From: Tidjanibacter sp.
GTDB taxonomy: Bacteria; Bacteroidota; Bacteroidia; Bacteroidales; Rikenellaceae
Length of the DNA stretch: 64,000 nt
Assembly (NCBI GenBank): GCA_017648105.1
Contig: JAGCJH010000017.1
Location: forward strand, 788 to 64,787
Reading direction: 5' to 3'
Made by a program: the position numbers and the translations under genes. The notes under the pieces are model-generated. The model was not told where the DNA came from and did not search any database. It saw only the letters and a list, made by a program, of their open reading frames with translations. Shown here one piece after another: positions 8,086 through 18,307 of the stretch; position 1 is the first letter of the stretch; the number at the start of each line of letters is the position of its first letter.

Positions 8086-10938
8086 ATGGAAGAGAACAAA
8101 AATATAGAGCAAGAGGTTGTTGAGAACACCGAGGTGGAGGCTGCTGCCGAGGAGGTAGTGGTGCCTGCCAAGGAGGTGGATTCTCGCAAACTTTCGGACA
8201 AGTATGTGAAATTGATGGGCGAGGGCGGTAAGGCTCGCACACGCCTCACGGGTCTTTATCGTGATTGGTTTCTGGACTACGCTTCGTATGTTATCTTGGA
8301 GCGTGCCGTGCCCTACATCGACGATGGTCTGAAACCCGTGCAGAGGCGCATCCTCCACTCGATGCGTAGGATGTATGATGGTAGCCGTATCAAGGTCGCC
8401 AACATTGTGGGTCACACTATGCAGTTCCACCCTCACGGTGACGCCTCCATTGGCGATGCGCTCGTGCAGCTCGGTCAGAAAAACCTGCTCATTGATACGC
8501 AGGGTAACTGGGGTAACATCCTCACTGGCGACGGTGCGGCGGCTCCTCGTTACATCGAGGCACGACTCTCGAAGTTTGCCTTGGAGGTGGTATTTAGCCC
8601 CAAGATTACCGAGTGGATGCTCTCCTATGACGGTAGGAACAAAGAGCCTGTGACGCTCCCTGTGAAATTCCCCCTTCTGCTTGCGCAGGGTGTGGAGGGT
8701 ATCGCTGTGGGCTTGGCGTCGAAGATTTTGCCCCACAACTTCAACGAACTCTTGGATGGCTGTATTGCCCATCTCAAAGGCGAGGATTTTGAACTCTACC
8801 CCGACTTCCCCACAGGTGGTCTGATGGATGTGAGTCGCTATAATGATGGTTTGAGGGGTGGCTCGGTGAAGATTCGTGCCCGCATCAATAAGGTCGATAA
8901 GCGTACCCTTGCTATCACAGAGATTCCCTACTCGACGACCTCGGAGAGTGTCAAGGAGTCTATCGTGAAGGCGTCGGAGGGAGGCAAGATTAAAATCAGG
9001 AATGTGGATGACAACACCGCATCCACTGTGGAACTCTTGGTGCATGTGGCAGCTGGCGAGAGTATCGACAAGACCATCGACGCACTCTATGCTTTCACGG
9101 ATTGTGAGATTTCCATCTCGCCCAACTCGTGTGTGATTCGTGACGGCAAACCCTGCTTCCTCGGCGTGAAGGATATCCTTCGCCACAATGCCGAGCACAC
9201 TCGTGACCTGCTGGCTCAGGAGTTGCAGGTTAGGCTTTCGGAACTTGCCGAGGAGTGGCATATGGCGTCGCTCGAAAGGATTTTCATCCAGAATAAGATA
9301 TATCAGGTACTCGAAAAGTGCAAGTCGCCCGAGGAGGCATACGAGGCTGTGGATGCAGCTCTTAATCCCTTCAAGGCACTCCTCAAAAGGGAGGTTACAA
9401 GGGAGGATGTTGTAAGACTTACGGAGCTGAAATTCATCCGCATCACTCGCTATGACCTCGATAAAGCCGACAATCACATCAAGGCTATCGAGAAGGAGAC
9501 CAAGCAGGTTAAGTATGACTTGGCACACATCACCGACTTTGCAATCAACTACTTCGAGGGCATCAAGGAGCGTTATGGTAAGGGTCGTGACCGTAAGACC
9601 GAGATTCGCTCGTTCGACACCATCGCACAGGCTAAGGTGGCGGTTGTGAACTCCAAACTCTATGTAGATAGGGAGGCTGGCTTCTTCGGTATCGGTGCGC
9701 AGATGCGTCAGGCGGAGTATGTCTGCGACTGCTCCGATATGGACGATATCATCATCTTCCTTGAAGATGGTCGCTATGTCATCCGCAAGGTGCTCGACAA
9801 GGACTTCTATGGCGCAGGCATTGTCCATATCGGTGTGTTCCGTAGGGGCGACGAGAGGACTATCTACAATGTGCTCTATCGTGATGGCGATAAGGGTGCA
9901 AATATGATGAAGCGTTGCGCTATCAGTGCAATCACTCGTGATAAGGAGTACAACATCACGAAGGGTACGCCCAAGAGTAGGATTCTCTATATGAGTGTCA
10001 ATCCCAATGGCGAGGCTGAGATTTTGAAAATCATCTTCCGCCAGAGGGCAAAACTCAAAAAGGCTATCGTGGATCTCGATTTTAGCACCCTCGCAATCAA
10101 GGGGCGTGCATCGCAGGGTAATATCTTCTCACGCTATCCCATCCATAAGATTCTCTTGAAGGCGAAGGGAGCATCGACACTCGCAGGTCAGCAGATTTGG
10201 TATGACGAGGATGTCAAACGCCTCAATGATAGTGGTCACGGTCGATTGCTTGGCGAATTTGCAGGTGGCGATAAGATTATTGTCTTCACTGCCAAAGACC
10301 AATACTACACCACAGGTTATGATGTGGGTCACCACTTCCCCGAGGATACCGTGAGGGTCGAGAAGTATGACTCCTCGAAGGTTTATAGCGTGGCATACTG
10401 GGATGAGAATGCACAATTCTACTACCTGAAACGCTTTATGGCGGAGGATACCGATAGGATGCTCTCGTTTGTGGATGAGGAGAATCCTAAGTCCAAGTCG
10501 GTGGGTATCTCGGATGAGGCACAGCCTGCTTTGGAGGTAATCTATGGTGGCGCACACGCAACCAAACCCTCGGATATCATCAATGTCGCTGAGTTTATTG
10601 GCGTGAAGGGCTATAAGGCGAAGGGTAAGAGGGTGACAACCTATATCGTAGAGAAGTTGAGGTTCATACCCCAGCACTTCGCACTTACTCCTGAGCCCGA
10701 GGAGGAACCCTCGGAGGAGATGGTGGAAGAGGGCGTAGCAGTGGAGGAGGTTGTGGAGCAGAGTGCTCCCCAGACTTCCGCTGAGGTTGTGGAAACTCCC
10801 ACAGAGGAGCCTGTGGCTGAGGAGCCTGTGGCTGAGGAGGAGCCCACCCTTGCTGATGATGTGGAACTCGAAATCATCATCCCCAAAGACGAGGATGAGG
10901 AACACCACGCTGACTCGCAGCAGTTAAATCTCTTTTAG
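8086..10938 (+). CDS. parC: DNA topoisomerase IV subunit A
   Basis: ERAVPYIDDGLKPVQRRIL, FHPHGD and AAPRYIE (catalytic Tyr) motifs; acidic C-terminal tail. Confidence 0.92.
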   Translation: MEENKNIEQEVVENTEVEAAAEEVVVPAKEVDSRKLSDKYVKLMGEGGKARTRLTGLYRDWFLDYASYVILERAVPYIDDGLKPVQRRILHSMRRMYDGSRIKVANIVGHTMQFHPHGDASIGDALVQLGQKNLLIDTQGNWGNILTGDGAAAPRYIEARLSKFALEVVFSPKITEWMLSYDGRNKEPVTLPVKFPLLLAQGVEGIAVGLASKILPHNFNELLDGCIAHLKGEDFELYPDFPTGGLMDVSRYNDGLRGGSVKIRARINKVDKRTLAITEIPYSTTSESVKESIVKASEGGKIKIRNVDDNTASTVELLVHVAAGESIDKTIDALYAFTDCEISISPNSCVIRDGKPCFLGVKDILRHNAEHTRDLLAQELQVRLSELAEEWHMASLERIFIQNKIYQVLEKCKSPEEAYEAVDAALNPFKALLKREVTREDVVRLTELKFIRITRYDLDKADNHIKAIEKETKQVKYDLAHITDFAINYFEGIKERYGKGRDRKTEIRSFDTIAQAKVAVVNSKLYVDREAGFFGIGAQMRQAEYVCDCSDMDDIIIFLEDGRYVIRKVLDKDFYGAGIVHIGVFRRGDERTIYNVLYRDGDKGANMMKRCAISAITRDKEYNITKGTPKSRILYMSVNPNGEAEILKIIFRQRAKLKKAIVDLDFSTLAIKGRASQGNIFSRYPIHKILLKAKGASTLAGQQIWYDEDVKRLNDSGHGRLLGEFAGGDKIIVFTAKDQYYTTGYDVGHHFPEDTVRVEKYDSSKVYSVAYWDENAQFYYLKRFMAEDTDRMLSFVDEENPKSKSVGISDEAQPALEVIYGGAHATKPSDIINVAEFIGVKGYKAKGKRVTTYIVEKLRFIPQHFALTPEPEEEPSEEMVEEGVAVEEVVEQSAPQTSAEVVETPTEEPVAEEPVAEEEPTLADDVELEIIIPKDEDEEHHADSQQLNLF

Positions 10939-10962
10939 GCTCGAAGCCTAAAAGAGATTTTT
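10926..10962 (+). terminator. hairpin/terminator overlapping the parC stop
   Basis: Perfect inverted repeat AAATCTCTTTTAGGC-TCGAA-GCCTAAAAGAGATTT. Confidence 0.65.
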
Positions 10963-10990
10963 AACTCTCAATTCTCAATTCTCAATTCCC
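10963..10990. repeat. heptamer tandem repeat (AATTCTC)n (family B)
   Basis: aactctc aattctc aattctc aattccc immediately before aroK. Confidence 0.85.
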
Positions 10991-10992
10991 CT

Positions 10993-11505
10993 ATGCCTAT
11001 TTTCCTTGTCGGTTTTATGGGGTGCGGAAAGAGCACCGTTGCACGAGGGCTTGCGAAGTTCTCGGGTTGGGAGTTTGTTGACTTGGATGCAAGGGTGTGT
11101 GAGCTGGCAGGCGCAGAGAGCGTAGCCGAGATTTTTGAGAAGAGTGGCGAGGAGGAGTTTCGTAGGCTGGAACGACAGGCGGTGGATATGCTGTCGCCCA
11201 CGAGTAGGACTATTGTGGCGACGGGTGGCGGTGCCCCCTGCTATGGCGATAATATGGAACGCTTTATGGCTCTTGGTACGACCGTCTATCTGAAAATGTC
11301 GCCACTTGCACTGCGTGATAGACTGCTCCGTGTTAGGGTTGTGCGCCCTAAGATTGTTGGTATGAGCCCCGAGGAACTCCTCGACTATGTGACTACACTG
11401 CTTGCGGAGAGGGAAAAGTTCTACTCTCGCGCGCGTGTTATTATAGATTGTGATGATGTGCCCAGTGGGAGTGTTGTTGCACGCCTGCGCTACCTCACCC
11501 GATAG
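10993..11505 (+). CDS. aroK: shikimate kinase
   Basis: LVGFMGCGKST P-loop, DLD, GEEEFRRLE and ATGGG motifs. Confidence 0.95.
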   Translation: MPIFLVGFMGCGKSTVARGLAKFSGWEFVDLDARVCELAGAESVAEIFEKSGEEEFRRLERQAVDMLSPTSRTIVATGGGAPCYGDNMERFMALGTTVYLKMSPLALRDRLLRVRVVRPKIVGMSPEELLDYVTTLLAEREKFYSRARVIIDCDDVPSGSVVARLRYLTR

Positions 11506-11583
11506 CGCTCTTGCACGCAGAGTCACAATGTTTTAGGGTAAAATTATTTTCGCCCAGATGTTTCCACTTTACAAATAAATGTG

Positions 11584-11591
11584 TATCTTTG
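11584..11591 (+). promoter_or_regulatory. Bacteroidota -7 promoter element for rpsP-rimM
   Basis: TATCTTTG followed by C. Confidence 0.65.
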
Positions 11592-11682
11592 CGGGCTCAT
11601 TGGGCTCTCGTGAAGGGCTTGGAGTGAATTAACAGACCCTCGGGAAGGGTCGCAACAGATTAACAATCAAAACTTTACACAA

Positions 11683-12210
11683 ATGGCTGTAAAAATTCGT
11701 TTGGCTCGTCACGGTAAGAAAGGTTATGCTTTCTACCACATCGTAGCTGCTGACAGTAGGGCACCCCGTGATGGTAAATTCATCGAGAAACTCGGTACCT
11801 ACAACCCCAACACCAATCCTGCTTCTATCGAGTTGGATTTCAACAAAGCACTTGATTGGTTGCAGAAAGGTGCTCAACCCACCGACACTTGCCGTGCAAT
11901 CCTTTCGTACAAAGGCGTACTCTACAAAAAACACCTTATGGGTGGTGTAGCAAAAGGCGCATTTGACGAGGCTACCGCAGAGGCTAAATTCAACAAATGG
12001 TTGGGCGAGAAAGAGGCTAAGATCGCTGCTAAAAGCGGTAAGATTGCTGCCGACAAAGTAGCTGCTCAGAAGGCTGCTGTTGCAGAGGAGACCAAAACAA
12101 AAGAGGCTATCGCTGCAAAAATCGCTGAGAAAAAAGCTGCTGCTGCCGCTGCTGAGGCTGAGGCTGCTGCCGAGGAGAACGCAGAGGAGGCTGCTGTTGA
12201 GGAGGCATAG
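11683..12210 (+). CDS. rpsP: 30S ribosomal protein S16 with Bacteroidota C-terminal extension
   Basis: [32 protein letters not shown] and [11 protein letters not shown] motifs. Confidence 0.98.
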   Translation: MAVKIRLARHGKKGYAFYHIVAADSRAPRDGKFIEKLGTYNPNTNPASIELDFNKALDWLQKGAQPTDTCRAILSYKGVLYKKHLMGGVAKGAFDEATAEAKFNKWLGEKEAKIAAKSGKIAADKVAAQKAAVAEETKTKEAIAAKIAEKKAAAAAAEAEAAAEENAEEAAVEEA

Positions 12211-12248
12211 TTCTGCCGCCTGAAAAACAAGTCGGAAAGGGTGTGCAA

Positions 12249-12794
12249 ATGAAGGGATTTGCAGTTGCCAAAATCGGTAAGAGTTTCGGTACTCACGGCG
12301 AGGTGACCATCAATCTCTATGACACTTTCCCTTCGGACTTCACACAAGAGGAACCGCTGTTTGTCTATATAGACAACTTGGCGGTTCCTCTATTTTTTGA
12401 CCACTTCGAGCGCCGAGGTAAGAGTGGCGGCGTGGTGAGGGTTGCGGACTTCGATACCCCCTACCGTGCGGCAGAACTCATCGGCAAGGAACTCTATATG
12501 GGGTTGGAGGAGGAACTTCTCGGCATTGAGCCCGAAGAGGTGGAGGATGAGTACGATGAGGATGATGAACTCTACTTGGAGGACTTTGTGGGCTTCAAGG
12601 CGACCTTCGAGGGCACAGCACTCACGGGTGAGATTGTGGACTTCGAGGATGACGAGTGGAATCCGCTGTTCATCATCGAGATAGAGGGCAAGGAGGCGAT
12701 GATACCTGCCACGGATGACTTCATTGTGGAGTATTCGCCCACAGGAAAGACCATCCACTTCGACCTCCCCGAAGGTCTTTTAGACCTTAACTAA
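12249..12794 (+). CDS. rimM: 16S rRNA processing factor RimM
   Basis: KIGKSFGTHGEV, MIPATDDFI and DLPEGLLDL motifs; follows rpsP. Confidence 0.92.
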   Translation: MKGFAVAKIGKSFGTHGEVTINLYDTFPSDFTQEEPLFVYIDNLAVPLFFDHFERRGKSGGVVRVADFDTPYRAAELIGKELYMGLEEELLGIEPEEVEDEYDEDDELYLEDFVGFKATFEGTALTGEIVDFEDDEWNPLFIIEIEGKEAMIPATDDFIVEYSPTGKTIHFDLPEGLLDLN

Positions 12795-12833
12795 AAAGAG
12801 CATTTCGCCGTAGTACGAAATGCTCTTTTTTTT
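12793..12833. terminator. bidirectional intrinsic terminator
   Basis: AAAAAGAGCATTTCG...CGAAATGCTCTTTTTTTT between convergent rimM and feoB. Confidence 0.9.
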
Positions 12834-12834
12834 C

Positions 12835-12897
12835 TTTAAGGGCTTTAAGGACATTAAGGGCTTTAAGGACTTTAATGCCTTTAATGCCTTTAAGGGG
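12835..12897. repeat. 9-bp tandem repeat (family A), forward then reverse units
   Basis: ttaagggct ttaaggaca ttaagggct ttaaggact ttaatgcct ttaatgcct. Confidence 0.85.
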
Positions 12898-12926
12898 AAT
12901 TTTTTACTCATTTCCCCAATACTCAT

Positions 12927-15329
12927 TTATAATATAAGGTATGCCAACCAGGCAAGGAGCCACGCAATAGCGGTGTTGTAGATTGCTGTGAACCACATCC
13001 ATTTTCTGCTGCCCGTCTCGGTGCGGATGGTTGCAAGGGTGCCGATGCAGGGGAAGAAGAGCAGGATGAATATCATAAATGCCACAGCCGAGGCGGGCGT
13101 TAAGCCACTATTGCGCACGATGTTCTTCGAGAGTGAGGCGATGTCGTCGCCACCATAGAGCACTGCCATTGTGCTCACCACAAGTTCCTTGGCAGGGATG
13201 CTGGTGAGAAGGGCAATGCCAGCCCTCCAATCCAACCCCAATGGGCGCATCACGGGCTCAATAAACTTACCCACACGACCAATGTAGGAGTTCTCGTACT
13301 GCACTGCCTGAGTGCTTACATTCTCGGTCGCCATATCCGCTACGACCTCCACGCTGGGTGTTGCCACCTCCTCTTTGGGGCGGGGGTAGTAGGAGAGTGC
13401 CCAGATGACAATGGTTGCAAGGAGTATGGTGGTGCCAATCTTGCGGATATACTGCGCACACTTATCCCACATATGCCTCAGAGTTGCACGCACGGTAGGT
13501 ATGCGGTAGGGGGGGAGCTCCATAACGAAGGGTGTTTCATCCTTGTGGAACTTCGTGGCACGCAACAGGTGGGCAGTGAGGAACGCTACGAGGATGCCGA
13601 GTAGGTAGAGCCCAATGAGCACCGTTGCTGCGTGGCGAGGGAAGAAGGTGCCTGCGAGGAGTATGAACACGGGCAGGCGTGCGCTACACGACATAAAGGG
13701 TGTCACGAGGATGGTTATGAGTCTTGAAGAGCGACTCTCAATGGTGCGTGTCGCCATAATGGCTGGCACATTGCAACCAAAGCCCATCAACAGAGGTATG
13801 AACGACTTGCCGTGCAGACCCATACGGTGCATCAGTTTGTCCATAATGAATGCCGCACGAGCCATATAGCCAGTATCCTCCATTAGTGAGATGAAGAGAT
13901 AGAGAATCAGGATGTTGGGCAGGAACACGGCGACGCTACCCACACCGCTGACAATGCCCCCCACGACCATATCTCGCAGAGTCCCCTCGGGCATCACACG
14001 CCACAGTAGGTCGCTGAGCCACCCGAAGCCCATCTCAATCCACTCTTGTGGGTAGCTGCCGAGCGTGAAGGTCGCCCAGAACATCAGCCACATAAGGAGT
14101 ATGAAGAGTGGAAAGCCGAGCCACTTGTTTGCCACAAGGCGGTCTATGCGCCTCGAACGGCGATTGATGTCACTCTGACCCTCTTTCAGGGTCTCTTCCA
14201 AAGCACCCGCAATGAAACCATATTTATAGTCGCCAAGTAGCGTTTCTACATCGCTATCCACCTCCGAGGCTATGCGTGCGGCAGCCTCCTTTGCGAGTTT
14301 CTCCCAGCGAGGGAAGTCGCCACAGCGGGAGAGGATGGTTGTTGCCTCTTTGTCGCCCTCGATGAGTTTTATTGCCCAGTAGCGCACGGGGAATTGGCGA
14401 GGGAGGTCGTTGGAGAGTCGGATCTCATCCGAGATTTTCTGTATTGCACGCTCCATTGCCGAGCCGTAGTTGATGTGTACATGGCGTGACACCTCACAGC
14501 GCCCCTCAAACAACTCGATGACAGCATCCAAAAGTGCATCTATGCCATAGCCAATCTTGGCAATCGTGGGTATCATTGGCACACCAATCATCGCACCGAG
14601 CGCCTCGTAGTCGAGTTCCGAGCCACTCTGTTGCAACTCGTCATACATATTGAGAGCTACAACGGTGCGCTGGTTGAGGTCGATAAGTTCGGTTGTGAGG
14701 TAGAGGTTGCGCTCCAAGTTGGACGCTACAACAGCATTTATGATTACATCGGGCATCTGGGTGTAGATGTGCCCCCTCACATAGACCTCCTCAGGGGTGT
14801 AGGCAGAGAGCGAATAGGTGCCGGGCAGATCGGTAATGTTTATGCGGTAGCCCTTATAGGTCAGCTTGCCGAGTTTGGCATCGACGGTCACGCCGCTGTA
14901 ATTGCCCACGTGCTCACTACTGCCCGAGAGGACATTGAATAGCGAAGTCTTGCCACTATTGGGGTTACCCACGAGTGCCACATTGATTTCGTTTTTGCGC
15001 AGGGGATTGGTGTGACCCCTGAGGGCACAATCGAGGAGCGAGCACCCCTCGCAGGAGGCATCACAACGCCTGCCACCAACACCCTCCAATGGGAGGTTGG
15101 CATCGCCTTGTGACATCACCTCAATCATCTCCGCCTCACTGCGACGCAGGGATACATCATACCCCATCACTGTATATTTCACAGGGTCGTGCATCGGGGA
15201 GTCCTGAACGCTTCGGACCTCCACACCTCGCACAAATCCCATCTCCATAATGCGCTTGCGGAAGCCGCCGTGTCCTGCCACACGCACGATGACCGCTTTT
15301 TCGCCATTTTTGAGTTCCGAGAGTTTCAT
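12927..15329 (-). CDS. feoB: ferrous iron transporter, FeoA-FeoB fusion
   Basis: N-terminal FeoA (RKRIMEMGF, DPVKY, SLRRSEA), GNPNSGKT, DLPGTYSL, GFGCNVPA and PFMSCSARLP motifs. Confidence 0.95.
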   Translation of the reverse strand: MKLSELKNGEKAVIVRVAGHGGFRKRIMEMGFVRGVEVRSVQDSPMHDPVKYTVMGYDVSLRRSEAEMIEVMSQGDANLPLEGVGGRRCDASCEGCSLLDCALRGHTNPLRKNEINVALVGNPNSGKTSLFNVLSGSSEHVGNYSGVTVDAKLGKLTYKGYRINITDLPGTYSLSAYTPEEVYVRGHIYTQMPDVIINAVVASNLERNLYLTTELIDLNQRTVVALNMYDELQQSGSELDYEALGAMIGVPMIPTIAKIGYGIDALLDAVIELFEGRCEVSRHVHINYGSAMERAIQKISDEIRLSNDLPRQFPVRYWAIKLIEGDKEATTILSRCGDFPRWEKLAKEAAARIASEVDSDVETLLGDYKYGFIAGALEETLKEGQSDINRRSRRIDRLVANKWLGFPLFILLMWLMFWATFTLGSYPQEWIEMGFGWLSDLLWRVMPEGTLRDMVVGGIVSGVGSVAVFLPNILILYLFISLMEDTGYMARAAFIMDKLMHRMGLHGKSFIPLLMGFGCNVPAIMATRTIESRSSRLITILVTPFMSCSARLPVFILLAGTFFPRHAATVLIGLYLLGILVAFLTAHLLRATKFHKDETPFVMELPPYRIPTVRATLRHMWDKCAQYIRKIGTTILLATIVIWALSYYPRPKEEVATPSVEVVADMATENVSTQAVQYENSYIGRVGKFIEPVMRPLGLDWRAGIALLTSIPAKELVVSTMAVLYGGDDIASLSKNIVRNSGLTPASAVAFMIFILLFFPCIGTLATIRTETGSRKWMWFTAIYNTAIAWLLAWLAYLIL

Positions 15330-15354
15330 TTTCCTGTTGTTATTTTTGCAACCG

Positions 15355-15362
15355 CAAAAATA
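15355..15362 (-). promoter_or_regulatory. Bacteroidota -7 element for feoB
   Basis: TATTTTTG on minus strand just upstream of the start. Confidence 0.55.
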
Positions 15363-15443
15363 ACCCAATACTACTCGATAGTCAATACCCACAATTAGGT
15401 ATTTATGCCCCCCTAAACATCACATACCCCTTGAAAATCAAAA

Positions 15444-15477
15444 AATTCTCAATTCTCAATTTTCAATTCTCAAATTT
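15444..15477. repeat. heptamer tandem repeat (family B)
   Basis: aattctc aattctc aattttc aattctc, abutting the rplY -7 box. Confidence 0.85.
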
Positions 15478-15482
15478 TGTTG

Positions 15483-15490
15483 TACCTTTG
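15483..15490 (+). promoter_or_regulatory. Bacteroidota -7 element for rplY
   Basis: TACCTTTG-CA. Confidence 0.7.
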
Positions 15491-15582
15491 CACCCGCAAG
15501 TGATTATGGGATGCGGTGAGATTGCATGAGCCGTGTTGAGTGTCACCCAAGTAACATTATTAACTTTAACTTTTTTACAATT

Positions 15583-16137
15583 ATGCAAACTATTCAGATT
15601 AAAGGCGTTAAGCGTGAGAACTTCGGTAAGAAGAGCACTAAGGACATCCGTCGTGAGAACCTCATTCCCTGCGTACTCTACGGTAACGGTGGCGAGACCA
15701 TCCACTTCTCCGTTGAGACCGCTGAGGCAAAGAAACTCATCTACACCCCCAAATCGTACATCGTAGAGCTCGATATCGATGGCACCATCGAGAAAGCAGT
15801 TATGCGTGAGACTCAGTTCCACCCTGTTAAGGACTACTGCCAGCACATCGACTTCTACCGTGTAGTAGCAGGTAAGCCCGTTGCTATCGAGATTCCTGTT
15901 GCTATCGTTGGTAACTCGGAGGGTGTTAAAGCCGGTGGTAAACTTCAAGTACTCCGTCGCAAACTCGCAGTTTCGGGTCTTGAAGAGAACCTCCTCGACG
16001 AGCTCGTAGTAGATATCACCACCCTCGGCGTGGGCAAAGCTATCAATGTAGGCGACCTCAAATATGAGGGTCTTACTATGTTGCAGCCTGCAAGTTTGAG
16101 CGTTGTGACTGTATTGGCTACTCGTCAGTCCAAATAA
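15583..16137 (+). CDS. rplY: 50S ribosomal protein L25/Ctc
   Basis: IPCVLYG, QFHPV..HIDF and GVKAGG motifs; ATG after an AT-rich leader. Confidence 0.96.
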   Translation: MQTIQIKGVKRENFGKKSTKDIRRENLIPCVLYGNGGETIHFSVETAEAKKLIYTPKSYIVELDIDGTIEKAVMRETQFHPVKDYCQHIDFYRVVAGKPVAIEIPVAIVGNSEGVKAGGKLQVLRRKLAVSGLEENLLDELVVDITTLGVGKAINVGDLKYEGLTMLQPASLSVVTVLATRQSK

Positions 16138-16261
16138 AAACGCATATAGCGAGCGACTGCTTCGTTATACATCGACAAGCGGAGTTCCTCATTTACGAAA
16201 AGTAAACTGCGGACTCCGCTTTCTCGTATGCCTTGCATTCATCTCGTTCTATGCGTTTTTA
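16135..16261 (+). repeat. ~127-bp structured palindromic element with terminal inverted repeats (family C; MITE/REP-like)
   Basis: TAAAAACGCATA...TATGCGTTTTTA ends; closely similar to 31256-31383. Confidence 0.9.
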
Positions 16262-16328
16262 CCGCTACCGACCAATAAACTATGGCGGGGATTTTCTTGT
16301 GCGCCTACTGTTCGCCGTATGAGCGATG

Positions 16329-16362
16329 TTTTAAGGGCTTTAAGGACTCTAAGGGCATTAAG
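16329..16362. repeat. 9-bp tandem repeat (family A)
   Basis: ttaagggct ttaaggact ctaagggca ttaagg. Confidence 0.8.
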
Positions 16363-16465
16363 GAAAGATAATAATAAGACTTTGCCAAATTTCCACTCTC
16401 AACTCCCCACAAGTGGTCGGCACACAATTTGAACACCTATTATATAGAAACAAACAATAATAGAT

Positions 16466-17053
16466 ATGACCAAGTGTAAAAAGGAACAAACTGCCGCTGA
16501 AAATCAGCAGGTTAAGGAAGAAAATGTAGATGTAAAAAATCAGGAGCAAGAAACTCCTGAGAGTACCGATACTGACAAAGTGGCAGAGGATGTCGTGGCA
16601 GAGTCTGCCAAAACGACACCCCGCAATGACGAGGCGGAGGAGTGGAAGGATAAATATGTGCGCCTTTCGGCTGAGTTTGACAACTACCGCAAGCGTACCC
16701 TTCGTGAGAAGATGGATCTGATTGAGAGTGGTGGCGAGGATGTTATCAAGGCTATGCTCGGTGTGATGGATGACTTCGACCGTGCGTTGGGTGCTATGCA
16801 GAGCGCTACCGATGTGGCATCTGTGCGTGAGGGCGTGGAGCTCATCTCCCAGAAGATGCGTGATGCTCTCAAAGCAAAAGGTGTTGCCGAGATTGAGGCA
16901 GTGGGCGAGGCTCTCGACACCGACCTCCACGAGGCTGTTGCCCAGTTCCCCGCAGGCGAGGATAAGAAAGGTAAAGTTATTGATGTTGTCCAGAAGGGCT
17001 ACAAACTCAAAGAGAAGGTTATTCGCTACGCAAAGGTTGTCGTAGGAGAGTAG
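16466..17053 (+). CDS. grpE: nucleotide exchange factor GrpE
   Basis: RLSAEFDNYRKRT, DDFDRA, LHEAV and QKGYKLKEKVIRYAKVVV motifs. Confidence 0.97.
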   Translation: MTKCKKEQTAAENQQVKEENVDVKNQEQETPESTDTDKVAEDVVAESAKTTPRNDEAEEWKDKYVRLSAEFDNYRKRTLREKMDLIESGGEDVIKAMLGVMDDFDRALGAMQSATDVASVREGVELISQKMRDALKAKGVAEIEAVGEALDTDLHEAVAQFPAGEDKKGKVIDVVQKGYKLKEKVIRYAKVVVGE

Positions 17054-17074
17054 GATTCTCAAAACAATCGGTAT

Positions 17075-18238
17075 ATGGCAAAGAGAGATTACTATGAGGT
17101 GCTGGGCGTTGAGAAGAACGCTAGTGCCGATGACATAAAGAAGGCATACCGCAAGGCTGCCGTGAAGTACCACCCCGATAAGAACCCTGGGGATAAGGAG
17201 GCGGAGGAGAAGTTCAAGGAGGCTGCTGAGGCTTACGATGTGCTCTCCAATGCCGACAAAAGGGCTCGCTACGACCAGTTTGGTCACGCAGGTATGGAGG
17301 GTGGCGCCGGCGGCTTCGGCGGTGGCTTCTCGGGAGGCTTCTCTATGGAGGATATCTTCCGCAACTTTGGCGACATCTTCGGTGGTCACTTTGGCGGAGG
17401 CTTTGGTGGCTTTGGCGGTGGCTCACGAGGTGGCAGGAGTGTCAATCGTGGTAGCGACCTGAGGGTCAAGGTGCGCCTCACGCTCAAAGAGGTTGCTGAG
17501 GGTTGTACCAAGAAGATTAAGATTGCCAAACAGGTGGCGTGTGATGAGTGTGGTGGCTCGGGTGCTAAGGACTCCCACAGCTACTCCACCTGCCCCAACT
17601 GTAATGGTGCTGGCTATACCATCGAAACGGTCAATAGTTTCTTCGGTCGTGCCCAGACTCAGCGCCAGTGTCCTACTTGCGGTGGCGAGGGTAAGGTTAT
17701 CACATCGCCCTGCTCGAAGTGTCGTGGCGAGGGTGTAGTGCGTGGCGAGGAAGTTGTGGAGATTCGCATTCCCGCAGGTGTTGCCGAGGGTATGCAGCTC
17801 TCCGTGAGTGGCAAGGGTAATGCAGCACGCAGGGGTGGCATCAATGGCGACCTTCTGGTGGTTATCGAGGAGGAGAAAAACCCCGACCTGCTGAGGGATG
17901 GTAGCGACTTGTTGCACAACTTGAAAATCCCCGTAACGACCGCCATTCTCGGTGGCGAGGTGGAGGTGCCAACCATCGACTCCAAGGCACGCATCAAAAT
18001 CGCTGCGGGCACACAGGCGGGTAAGGTTCTGAGGCTCAAAGGCAAGGGTCTGCCCGAGTTGAATGGCTACGGTAGGGGCGACATTCTGGCTATTGTGGAT
18101 GTCATCATCCCCACGAAGCTTACGAGTGAGGAGAAGAAACTTCTCGAAAAGCTCGCCGATCAGCCCAACTTCAAAAAGGTGGAGACTCCTCGTGGTGAGC
18201 AGAACATTTTTGATAGGATGCGCAATTTTTTCGGATAA
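17075..18238 (+). CDS. dnaJ: chaperone DnaJ
   Basis: J domain with HPD, G/F-rich region, four CxxCxGxG repeats. Confidence 0.98.
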   Translation: MAKRDYYEVLGVEKNASADDIKKAYRKAAVKYHPDKNPGDKEAEEKFKEAAEAYDVLSNADKRARYDQFGHAGMEGGAGGFGGGFSGGFSMEDIFRNFGDIFGGHFGGGFGGFGGGSRGGRSVNRGSDLRVKVRLTLKEVAEGCTKKIKIAKQVACDECGGSGAKDSHSYSTCPNCNGAGYTIETVNSFFGRAQTQRQCPTCGGEGKVITSPCSKCRGEGVVRGEEVVEIRIPAGVAEGMQLSVSGKGNAARRGGINGDLLVVIEEEKNPDLLRDGSDLLHNLKIPVTTAILGGEVEVPTIDSKARIKIAAGTQAGKVLRLKGKGLPELNGYGRGDILAIVDVIIPTKLTSEEKKLLEKLADQPNFKKVETPRGEQNIFDRMRNFFG

Positions 18239-18307
18239 AAAATCGTATTTTTGTGGGTGGCTAAATGAGGTCACCCACAAATGTAAACAATATAAAAACT
18301 CGAAACT

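Noticed and set aside
15394-15418. TTAGG...CCTAA as a DtxR-type box upstream of feoB
   Set aside because: Spacing exceeds the 19-bp consensus and the inner symmetry is poor.
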